Positions 41,601-49,847 of a stretch of DNA of 64,000 nucleotides are shown piece after piece. The DNA is taken from positions 2,083 to 66,082 of IMG/VR virus record IMGVR_UViG_3300021074_000002; one strand, given 5' to 3'. Position numbers and translations under genes: made by a program. Under the pieces are notes generated by a model. The model did no database searches and was not told the origin of the DNA. It saw only the letters and a program-made list of their open reading frames with translations. The DNA comes from a virus. Lineage: Duplodnaviria; Caudoviricetes. The stretch's first letter is position 1. The number at the start of each line of letters is the position of its first letter.

Positions 41601-41999
41601 TTAGAGTTCATTTGCATTACCCTCTATCCCACACACTGGTATAGGTGTTGTAGTACTGGTTGTTGTAGAACTAGTTGATGTAGAAGTACTGGTTGATGTA
41701 CTTGTAGATGTAGAAGTACTGGTTGATGTACTTGTACTTGTAGATGTACTTGGTATTTCTGAAACACTTCCTTCAAGTGTGCAAGTGAGACTATGATACA
41801 TATCAAATAGTTCACATATTTTAGCATCTATTTTCTCAAGAGCCAAAGTTAGATTACTATTATTTCGTATATCTGTACATGAAAGATTTGGTCCAACATA
41901 TGTTACATTATCAGATATAATACAATGAGTACTACATGGATCATTACATCCACATGCCTCAGTGGGGACAGCAAAAGCACCTATTATATTGTATTTCAT
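41601..41999 (-). CDS. Small Cys-rich fibre adaptor with TS linker
   Basis: 132 aa; VTYVGPNL...LTLALEKID domain; TS tract flanked by CTLEGSVSEI and CGIEGNANEL. Confidence 0.65.
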   Translation of the reverse strand: MKYNIIGAFAVPTEACGCNDPCSTHCIISDNVTYVGPNLSCTDIRNNSNLTLALEKIDAKICELFDMYHSLTCTLEGSVSEIPSTSTSTSTSTSTSTSTSTSTSTSTSTSSTTTSTTTPIPVCGIEGNANEL

Positions 42000-42002
42000 A
42001 AT

Positions 42003-43157
42003 TTACGGAATATACATAATGTAGTAAGAAGCAATACTAGGTTGAATATTTGAATGAGCATTTCCACCATTAATTGTAGGAGCAATAGTTATGCTATTTA
42101 CAGTGATTGCAGGAATTTCAGTATTAGTTTTTCCTATACTAGCAGTTGTAATATTGCCTTCTAATTCATATGATGTAGGACCATTCCAACCTTTAGAAAC
42201 AGTTACATATGTACTAGGTGTAGCTTTTGCATTTGTACCACCATAAGCATTAGTAGCAAATTCATAATGAGAGTGAGAAGCTTGTGAAGCTGTGGCTGTA
42301 GCTGTATGTGTATGATTTGGAACTGTAGTGGCATCAATAATTATAGAATTAACACCATACAATGGTCCTCCTACTATATAATTAGGATTAAATCCTCCAG
42401 GAAGAACAACAGGATCTGTAATTGGTGTACCAATACTAGTATATGTTGCAGATACAGGAACTCTTCCTCTCATATCAGGAGTCTTACCAAGATAACCATT
42501 GCAGAGATAAACTTTTATCCAATCTCCTGTTCCTTCACCATTTGCATTGAAATTTGTAATATTTCCAAAATAAGGATATGCTACATTAGGAATCATTTTA
42601 TTACTCATCAATGTTGTACTAGCTCCATGAGTAGCTAAATAGTTAGCAATATATGCATCCAGTTCAGCACCATTACTTGAATAATTTGTAGAGAGACTTA
42701 ACGAAAGAGCTGTCAATGTAGCACTTGTTGCACAAAGTTTTACAATTACTGCTTGAAGAATGTCATGTGTGCCTGAAGAAGGAATGACTGCTGCCAAACA
42801 ATTTACTGGAAGAGTATAATCTGCTTCAATTGTAGCAACTGCTTCATCAAGTACTATAACTTGTTCCTGTAGATCACATGTAGCTTTAATTAGTGCATTT
42901 ATAAAATCTACAATTGTGGGATCTTCACAAACTGGAAGGTATCCTCCAACCAGATTGCAAATTATATCTGGATCGATTACAGGATGTATGCCTGTTCCAT
43001 TGAGGGCACTTATCAAAAATGTAGAAAGAGATTGCTCAATACTAGAAAGAGGATCTCCTGTACTTATTCCTAAGGAAGGGATATCAATCCCTGTATATCT
43101 AACACATCTGTCTGAGACTATCTCAGCACATCCATTAAAACAATTTTGACAGCTCAT
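42003..43157 (-). CDS. Tail fibre protein with tail-collar-like C-terminal domain
   Basis: LCNG...TPDMRGRVPV...NHTH...GGNAHSNIQPSIASYYIMY; Cys-rich N-terminus and coiled coil. Confidence 0.75.
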   Translation of the reverse strand: MSCQNCFNGCAEIVSDRCVRYTGIDIPSLGISTGDPLSSIEQSLSTFLISALNGTGIHPVIDPDIICNLVGGYLPVCEDPTIVDFINALIKATCDLQEQVIVLDEAVATIEADYTLPVNCLAAVIPSSGTHDILQAVIVKLCATSATLTALSLSLSTNYSSNGAELDAYIANYLATHGASTTLMSNKMIPNVAYPYFGNITNFNANGEGTGDWIKVYLCNGYLGKTPDMRGRVPVSATYTSIGTPITDPVVLPGGFNPNYIVGGPLYGVNSIIIDATTVPNHTHTATATASQASHSHYEFATNAYGGTNAKATPSTYVTVSKGWNGPTSYELEGNITTASIGKTNTEIPAITVNSITIAPTINGGNAHSNIQPSIASYYIMYIP

Positions 43158-43175
43158 TTTTATATCAGTTTTAAA

Positions 43176-44471
43176 TTATGTAGCATAATAACATCTTGCT
43201 GGAGTAGTCATTGTAATCCAAGTAGGTCCATCCTGAACTAATGGAATTGGAGTATGATCTATCAATTCTGTTTCTTTTAATTCTTGGGATAACCATTCTT
43301 GTGTACCAATACAAATTGTAGCATAAACTTGACCATCGTTACCTACATATGTACTTGTTTCTCCTGGATTTAATATTGTAGAATCTTTTACTAAACGTAT
43401 ACCTAAACCAGTATCATATGATGCCCCTCCAGTAGTAGTTACCTCTGGATTAAAATCATCGTAACTCATCGCATATTGACTTGGTCCATTTGGATCAGAA
43501 CACCAAAGTATACCTATTTGTTTAATATTTGCAAATTCAGGAGTGCTATTACGATAGCCTGTTCCTCTACCATTAAATCCGTAAGTATTTAGACCGTTAT
43601 TAGTATTCCAATAAATAGTACCTGATTCTTTTAATTGTATAGCAGCTGTAGCAGCTCCACCCACAGCTGTACATAATGCATCATATTCTAAATGAGTAGG
43701 AACATGCCAATCTGTATTAGCGATTGTAGGCAGAGCATAAGCATTATACAATCCAAATTCAGTAATTAGAAGTGTAGTGGTAGTGCTAGTAGTAGTGGTA
43801 GAAGTACTACTAGTAGTTGATGTACTTGTACTAGATGTAGAAGTAGAAGTACTTGTAGACGTTGATGTACTTGTACTAGATGTAGAAGTGCTTGTTGAAC
43901 TACTTGTTGAACTACTTGTTGATGTTGAAGTACTAGTGCTTGTACTAGTAGAAGTACTAGTTGATGTCGAACTACTTGTAGAGGTTGATGATGTACTCGT
44001 ACTTGTAGATGTACTAGTACTTGTAGATGTGCTTGTAGATGTAGAAGTACTAGTTGATGTAGATGTACTAGTAGATGTAGAAGTGCTTGTTGTTGTACTT
44101 GTACTTGTTGATGTACTTGTACTTGTGCTGGTAGATGTACTAGTACTTGTTGATGTAGATGTAGATGTTGTTGTAGTGTTAGGAAATGTTGTTACTGTAT
44201 GTGTAGATCCTGATGTATATCGTCTTACTTTACTGGCAATCATGGGAATTGTAAACTCTCCAGCATACTCAGGATTACAATATTTATATATTAAAATTCT
44301 TTGGTAGTTCAAAAGATCAAACATACCAGTGCTATCTATTTGTAGATTAAGCATAAAGATTGTATTGTTATATAATCTCTTTGCCATACTAGTTATAGTA
44401 CAACTAATCTCTTCCAATAGAGTAGGAATACTATCACACTCTATACAATTTGTAAGCCTTGGAGTTAGCAT
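43176..44471 (-). CDS. Structural protein with about 135-aa TS linker and Fibrobacter succinogenes major (FISUMP)-like domain
   Basis: GLYN...WHVPT...GG...LKE...N.YGF...G.R...GIRLVKD, and DGQVYATICIGTQEWL. Confidence 0.75.
   Translation of the reverse strand: MLTPRLTNCIECDSIPTLLEEISCTITSMAKRLYNNTIFMLNLQIDSTGMFDLLNYQRILIYKYCNPEYAGEFTIPMIASKVRRYTSGSTHTVTTFPNTTTTSTSTSTSTSTSTSTSTSTSTSTSTTTSTSTSTSTSTSTSTSTSTSTSTSTSTSTSTSTSSTSTSSSTSTSTSTSTSTSTSTSTSSSTSSSTSTSTSSTSTSTSTSTSTSTSSTSTSTTSSTSTTTTSTTTTLLITEFGLYNAYALPTIANTDWHVPTHLEYDALCTAVGGAATAAIQLKESGTIYWNTNNGLNTYGFNGRGTGYRNSTPEFANIKQIGILWCSDPNGPSQYAMSYDDFNPEVTTTGGASYDTGLGIRLVKDSTILNPGETSTYVGNDGQVYATICIGTQEWLSQELKETELIDHTPIPLVQDGPTWITMTTPARCYYAT
43772..44178 (-). 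repeat. (Thr-Ser)n low-complexity coding repeat
   Basis: Runs of ACT/ACA/AGT/TCA/TCT codons; the longest TS tract in the window. Confidence 0.9.
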
Positions 44472-44473
44472 GA

Positions 44474-44578
44474 TTATTTATTGTTTTGTTGTGCTGCTGC
44501 ATTACAAGCAGAACACATACCATTTACTAATTGGCATCCACAGCCCACACGTATATTACATATTTTACAAGTTGCCAT
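44474..44578 (-). CDS. 34-aa Cys-rich micro-protein
   Basis: Manual translation MATCKICNIRVGCGCQLVNGMCSACNAAAQQNNK; fills the gap between its neighbours with 2-nt spacers. Confidence 0.65.
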   Translation of the reverse strand: MATCKICNIRVGCGCQLVNGMCSACNAAAQQNNK

Positions 44579-44580
44579 GA

Positions 44581-45147
44581 CTAATGAAAGTTAACAAGAT
44601 AATTATTACCAGAGCATCCACAATTGTTATTTATGAACTGATCTAGCATCTTATTTGCCTGAGCATACAATTTGTTAGCTTCAACAATTGCACAGTTATT
44701 TGCTGCTGCTATAGCCCCAGAAATGAAGAAATAGATTGTAGTGAGATCAACCTTTGATTGCATCTTAATTGCCCTGTCACATTCCATCATATCAAGCTTC
44801 ATAAATGCATTATCAAACTTCTCCTGTAATTGTTCAACTCTCATAATAGATCTTTCTACATAATTCTCATATGCAGGAGCAACTGAGTATTTTATGAAAT
44901 AAACACCATCAGGAAGAGGTAAGTAAGGATCTAGTGGAGAGGTTAGTTCTAATGTACTGGATGTATATACATTAAAATCCTGAGGAACAAATGGAAGAAC
45001 TACAGAATTAAATCCAGGAACTGTTATCTCAATAGTAGGAGCACTTACAACAGGAGGATCTGTAGGATATACTGAAGCATCAGCTATTCCTAAAGTCTTA
45101 GTGTTATATGTAGGAACTACAAGTATATCTAATTTAAGAGTTGTCAT
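44581..45147 (-). CDS. Conserved virion (tail/fibre-base) protein
   Basis: Start re-set to ATG 45147 (MTTLKLDIL) because the upstream extension lies in a terminator hairpin; LPDGVYFIKYSVAP motif. Confidence 0.65.
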   Translation of the reverse strand: MTTLKLDILVVPTYNTKTLGIADASVYPTDPPVVSAPTIEITVPGFNSVVLPFVPQDFNVYTSSTLELTSPLDPYLPLPDGVYFIKYSVAPAYENYVERSIMRVEQLQEKFDNAFMKLDMMECDRAIKMQSKVDLTTIYFFISGAIAAANNCAIVEANKLYAQANKMLDQFINNNCGCSGNNYLVNFH

Positions 45148-45154
45148 ATTATTT

Positions 45155-45205
45155 AAAATAAATATGCCAGAGGATCTTGAGTTTATCCTCTTTTCCTCTG
45201 GCATA
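45155..45205 (-). terminator. Intrinsic terminator/attenuator
   Basis: 12-bp stem TATGCCAGAGGA/TCCTCTGGCATA followed by TTTATTTT. Confidence 0.7.
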
Positions 45206-45227
45206 GGTTTATATTTAGACTCTTATA

Positions 45228-46373
45228 CTAGGCTCTTCCAGTAGTCGTAGTAGAAGTTGTAATACAAAGACTGTCATCAAGAACAGTACCAAGGGCAGCT
45301 TCTAATACAAGTTCAATAGCGGTAGCAGCTGCACTTCCTGAAATAGCAGCAATAATCACTGTGCTGTCTTCGATGATATAGTCACCCCAGGTTTCAGCAG
45401 ATACATCCATATCTTTGAACTTAATATAGTATGTATCATAAGCTGAATTGGCAGCAACCCAACTTTCAAAGTTAGGATTATAACCAGCAATCCTGTACAG
45501 ATGTTTCAGGTAACCAGCTTGATAACTGTAGAAGTTCTTCTCAAGTTGAGCAATTTCTGCAGAAGTACCAGTGGCATAAGATGACTGCTGGGTGATAGTT
45601 GCCTCAGCAACGATGTTGCAGTTGTCATCAACAATGAAGTCAGCTGTAGTTGCAGGACCAGAATATACAAATGTTCTGAATCTCAACTTATCATATTCCC
45701 AAGGAAAAGCAGCGACATCACAAGGTTGGCCATACTTAGTTAAAGGTTTCCCTTCGATACGAAGAATAGTTCCTCCTACATTTGTGAATGTGTAGAACTG
45801 GCTCAAACGAATGTTGTCTGGGTTTGTACCAGTGGTATCTCCACCTAAGAAGTCAGGAGCAGCAGCATTCAACTTAAGAATCAAAGCATCAATAAGATCA
45901 CTCTCATCAACATTGATACATGGGTTACCATCACAATCACAGCAAGGAGCCTGAACAGTTACTGAACGTGTAAAACCATTGAAATACAATGTCTCCAAGT
46001 AACTAGAGAATCCACGAATTGTAAGAGTGACCACATCACCACATTTAACATTCCAATCAGTTACATCAGTAATCTGATTAATAGGAGTAGGACAACCAGA
46101 GACTTTGTACCATTCAACTACATTGGTTTTGCAACCAGTTGTGGCACAGCCTTTGATTTTGTCAGAGCGTTTACTACCTTGCAGATACGTGTTTACACGA
46201 CCTTGAGCAATGTAGAAATAAGGAGCAGCAGCAATATTCATTGTAGTTGCTACAGCATAGGTGTTAAGAAAGATCCCCACTTGACCAGCAAGGAGATCTT
46301 GTGTAGAGTCAGAGCTAGGGAGGGTGTTCCCCACTGGCACTACGAACAGAGTAGTCTTTGAAAAATCAGACAT
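45228..46373 (-). CDS. Abundant virion protein (auxiliary capsid/decoration-like)
   Basis: 381 aa; in the conserved block downstream of the MCP; followed by a terminator; short T/S tail. Confidence 0.55.
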   Translation of the reverse strand: MSDFSKTTLFVVPVGNTLPSSDSTQDLLAGQVGIFLNTYAVATTMNIAAAPYFYIAQGRVNTYLQGSKRSDKIKGCATTGCKTNVVEWYKVSGCPTPINQITDVTDWNVKCGDVVTLTIRGFSSYLETLYFNGFTRSVTVQAPCCDCDGNPCINVDESDLIDALILKLNAAAPDFLGGDTTGTNPDNIRLSQFYTFTNVGGTILRIEGKPLTKYGQPCDVAAFPWEYDKLRFRTFVYSGPATTADFIVDDNCNIVAEATITQQSSYATGTSAEIAQLEKNFYSYQAGYLKHLYRIAGYNPNFESWVAANSAYDTYYIKFKDMDVSAETWGDYIIEDSTVIIAAISGSAAATAIELVLEAALGTVLDDSLCITTSTTTTGRA

Positions 46374-46412
46374 TTTGCGTAATTTTTAAATTTATAAAAA
46401 AAGAAAAGAACA

Positions 46413-47144
46413 TTATTCATTTGTTTGTATCCTGAACTGAGCACTTTGAACTGCTGAAGCATTTTCTGTATACATTGCCAGATTTTGTACTGTCAAATCC
46501 AGAAGTTCATCTTCTAAGTAGTTTTTTAGTTCACAGTCTTGATTTGTAGAAGGAGTGCCATCAAATTTAACATACCCTACTTTATCTATGTATACAGGAT
46601 ATCGAACATACGATAAGTATAAGGCAGTTGGTATGAAGGTTCCATCTGTAAATATTGCAAGTTCATTAGAAGAAATAAAGTTGAAAGTCTCTTGATATTC
46701 AAAGGAAGGTTTGTAATGATCATTGTTCAGTAAAAACTGAAGATCTCCATGACCAGCCAGATCCCTGTTTATCCATATTCTTCTATTCTTACATCTACCT
46801 TTATCAGCCAATAAGTAACTGTCTACATAGAACATGTAGGGTGGAAAGATGTTTACAATTGATGTTGTCCACTTGTGTAGTTCAGGATTGTCCAAAGTTA
46901 ATAAAAGTGGATGATTTTCATACAATTCTATTAAATTTTGTAAGTCTTCATATCTTTTTTTAAAAGAGTCCATTCCAAGACCAGAAGCTGTTGGTGTGCC
47001 ATCCATCTTCTGTTTGATCAATTTGAGTTGAGCTTCGTTAAGAGCTAATATTTTATCCTCAAGTTGAATCTGCTGATGCTCATTAGTAGATAGCTTATTT
47101 AGTTTCTGGTCAATCTTATATAATAAACTATCTACTTGTATCAT
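46413..47144 (-). CDS. Head-tail connector/ring protein (crAss gene-74-like)
   Basis: LNEAQLKLIKQ...KRYEDLQNL...YVRYP...QDCEL; synteny. Confidence 0.6.
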   Translation of the reverse strand: MIQVDSLLYKIDQKLNKLSTNEHQQIQLEDKILALNEAQLKLIKQKMDGTPTASGLGMDSFKKRYEDLQNLIELYENHPLLLTLDNPELHKWTTSIVNIFPPYMFYVDSYLLADKGRCKNRRIWINRDLAGHGDLQFLLNNDHYKPSFEYQETFNFISSNELAIFTDGTFIPTALYLSYVRYPVYIDKVGYVKFDGTPSTNQDCELKNYLEDELLDLTVQNLAMYTENASAVQSAQFRIQTNE

Positions 47145-48109
47145 ACTGCAGCTATTTTCTTAGTTTTTAACTTACCTTCTAAAATTATTAACTCATCTTG
47201 ATGATCTTCATCTATGAGAAATCTTACAAGATCATCTTCATCTTTTGATATTTCAAACTCCCCTTCATACACTTTACCATTTGGTTTGATCCTATAGATA
47301 GAATGTGATACAGCTTGTTTAACAAGATCTTTTATATGGAGCAAGTCATCTTTCATATCAGCAAACCTAGAGAACACTTCAATTGGAGAGAGTCCCTGGT
47401 ATTTACCAGTTTTGAATTCTGTTTGTTTAAGCACATTATCTACCAGATTGTATACAGAGTCTTCTTTTGAATCTTCTGTAACTGGTAGTCCCAGTAATCT
47501 TGCCACCTTACGTTTCTTCTCATTACTAAGTCCATCGAATTTTGCAATAGCCTTATTAACCAGTTGTTTCTTCTTGTATATAATAGCAGTTTCAATCTCG
47601 TCATCAGCTACATAATATTGTGTATCTGCAGGATATTCACCACGTTCATACGCTTGAAGACTTGAAGCAATAGTAGGATGTACCCTAAGCCATGAAAAAG
47701 CTAATTCTTGAAAAGGAACAGAGAGATCAAATATATTATCACCATCTATTAGTTTAACAAGTTGTACATGTTGTTGGTCTTCAGTAGAAGTTGATAATCC
47801 ATAGTTCCAGAAAGTTGAACGAGGACCTAGATCAATATCTCCAAGAGCTTCTTCAAGTCTTGCACGTAATGCTTTTACACGTTCTATTTCAAGTTCCTTT
47901 TCTAAAGGATCCCCAATTCGTCTGATGTAAGCAGCATCCACATCTAATCCTGTCCTATACTTACCATCTAGTTCCTTATAAGGAAATTTAAAAACTCCTG
48001 TTCCAGGAACTCTTGTCATACCTCTAGCTGCAAGTCCACCTTGCATAGTTTGTAACTGAGAGTTGTTGTAATCTCTTTTGATTACTGAAATCTTGCCAAT
48101 CTTGCCCAT
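47141..48109 (-). CDS. Conserved crAss-like protein downstream of MCP (gene-75-like)
   Basis: 322 aa; synteny with the capsid module. Confidence 0.55.
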   Translation of the reverse strand: MGKIGKISVIKRDYNNSQLQTMQGGLAARGMTRVPGTGVFKFPYKELDGKYRTGLDVDAAYIRRIGDPLEKELEIERVKALRARLEEALGDIDLGPRSTFWNYGLSTSTEDQQHVQLVKLIDGDNIFDLSVPFQELAFSWLRVHPTIASSLQAYERGEYPADTQYYVADDEIETAIIYKKKQLVNKAIAKFDGLSNEKKRKVARLLGLPVTEDSKEDSVYNLVDNVLKQTEFKTGKYQGLSPIEVFSRFADMKDDLLHIKDLVKQAVSHSIYRIKPNGKVYEGEFEISKDEDDLVRFLIDEDHQDELIILEGKLKTKKIAAV

Positions 48110-48138
48110 ACGTAGTTTTATTATGTTGGTTTAACCAG

Positions 48139-48184
48139 TGAGATGTGGAGAACGAACTCCTCTAAGCTTTTACCTTATCATCCC
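48139..48184 (-). ncRNA. Minimal tRNA-like fold (acceptor stem, small arm, T-like arm)
   Basis: GGGATG/CATCTC stem, TAAG/CTTA arm, GGAG-TTCGTT-CTCC arm. Confidence 0.3.
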
Positions 48185-48194
48185 TATTTTTCAA

Positions 48195-48229
48195 GAAGAG
48201 TTCCCTTAGCAATCTAAGGGAGTCTCTTC
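48195..48229 (-). terminator. Strong hairpin downstream of MCP
   Basis: GAAGAGTTCCCTTAG-CAAT-CTAAGGGAGTCTCTTC (+ strand); poor U-tract. Confidence 0.55.
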
Positions 48230-48264
48230 AAGAAAATCACAAATATATGAACCAAAAAAGAATC

Positions 48265-49827
48265 CTAGAACTGTGGTACTTCTTCAATCAAGACTGTACG
48301 AGACAAATCTTCAATGAATACATCACAACGGTCTTTCATCCAGATCTCGTATCCTGGGAATTTGTTAGCAGAACTCATACCCTGAGATTTAGCAAAACCT
48401 AAGTGGTGACGAGTACCATCGATATAACCCCAAGTCATAGAAGGAGCACCTTTGAGTCTTACTTCTCTGATGTTATTCACCATTGAACCATCGCTCATAG
48501 GAGATACATCAAATACCATAAAGACAGGAGTACTTTTCTTATTCTGACCAAACTCAAGATTGGTTTGTGGCAGATCAAGTTCTTTCAAGTGGATCAGTTC
48601 AATACGACCAGTTTCACGAGTAACCATTGCATCGAATGCAAAGTTATATGTGATGTGTTGGCCTTCTCCCTGCATGTAACGATTTCCAGAATCAGCCATG
48701 AATGTCAGACCACTGTTGAGAGCGTCATTCTTCAAAGCCTGTTGGAATACATCAAACCCAGCTTCATTGGTGTACATTTTGACCCTACGATCTTTAACAT
48801 CCACCCTTCTATAGAAGAGATCACCAAATACAGAACGAAGTAAGTTAGCACTAAACTCACCACGATTGTAAGGAGTATAGTTACCATTGAAACGCATACG
48901 ATGATAAACACCAGCAGATGTACGTTTCAATTCTTGCTTGCTACCAGCTGTTTTAACAGTACCTGGTTTAGACCAGATCATACGTTTAACTTTCAACTCA
49001 AGCATTGATTTACGCATCCAGAACTCAATAAATGGCTCCCATTTAACATCGTTCCTTGTGAGTGGAAGTTGATTCCTGCGCTGAGGAGCATAAACCAAGA
49101 TATCAAGAGGTTTTCCTGATGCATCTCTCATAGTCCTATCATCAGCCCACTCAGTAATTTTGTGCTCATATCCATATGCAGAACCAAGAGATTCAAACAT
49201 AGTGATCTGCTCACCCAAACGAGGAAGACCTAAAAGGTTCTGATCGAATTCACCAATAGCTGCATCAACAAGTTCCAGCTCAAGACCAACTTTCAGGAAT
49301 GTGGAAGTTACAAAGTCTACGATAGGATTGTCAGATACAAGTGTGAACGAATAAAGATACCCTGCATTCCAAGGAACTGGATCTTTAATAACGTAGAAAC
49401 GAGGGCCATACTGACGAGAACCTACAGCAACAATAGCGTTCTGAGAGAACTCATTAGTATCTAAGATTAATGAAAATTCCTGTCCATCAATACCTACCTT
49501 ACCATTGTCCATTGTGTTCTGTGTAGACAGAGGAATGTCAATGATTTTAGGAAATTTGTAAGGAACAGCAATTTGCCATTTCCAAGCATCACTATTATTA
49601 TCGATATAATAAGGTGTGCTTTTGTTGATCATGTCCAGGAAGTCATTACTGTACAAAGAACTCTGAGTGTACAAAGAGATGATCTTCTTGTCATAGTCAG
49701 CAGGTTCTGTGCTGTGAAATGATTCCAGGTGGTTCGTGTCAGTAAGTTTACCAACAGCTCGCTTATCCATTGAAGCGATACGAGCATACGTGAATCCAGT
49801 TACTCCTGGGATTGTTTGAATAGGCAT
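48265..49827 (-). CDS. Major capsid protein
   Basis: 520 aa; portal-scaffold-MCP synteny, C-ending codon bias suggesting high expression, downstream hairpin. Confidence 0.85.
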   Translation of the reverse strand: MPIQTIPGVTGFTYARIASMDKRAVGKLTDTNHLESFHSTEPADYDKKIISLYTQSSLYSNDFLDMINKSTPYYIDNNSDAWKWQIAVPYKFPKIIDIPLSTQNTMDNGKVGIDGQEFSLILDTNEFSQNAIVAVGSRQYGPRFYVIKDPVPWNAGYLYSFTLVSDNPIVDFVTSTFLKVGLELELVDAAIGEFDQNLLGLPRLGEQITMFESLGSAYGYEHKITEWADDRTMRDASGKPLDILVYAPQRRNQLPLTRNDVKWEPFIEFWMRKSMLELKVKRMIWSKPGTVKTAGSKQELKRTSAGVYHRMRFNGNYTPYNRGEFSANLLRSVFGDLFYRRVDVKDRRVKMYTNEAGFDVFQQALKNDALNSGLTFMADSGNRYMQGEGQHITYNFAFDAMVTRETGRIELIHLKELDLPQTNLEFGQNKKSTPVFMVFDVSPMSDGSMVNNIREVRLKGAPSMTWGYIDGTRHHLGFAKSQGMSSANKFPGYEIWMKDRCDVFIEDLSRTVLIEEVPQF

Positions 49828-49847
49828 TGTGTAAAATTTTTAATTAA

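Noticed and set aside
43176-43775. Diversity-generating retroelement targeting the FISUMP domain
   Set aside because: No reverse transcriptase or template repeat in this window; it cannot be excluded elsewhere in the genome.
41022-44307. Plus-strand Val/Leu/Asp-rich ORFs (474-668, 33212-33400, 41022-41420, 43777-44307) and the VPQHQQ ORF at 32679-33050
   Set aside because: Antisense or alternate-frame shadows of TS/GTS repeats, which lack stop codons by composition.
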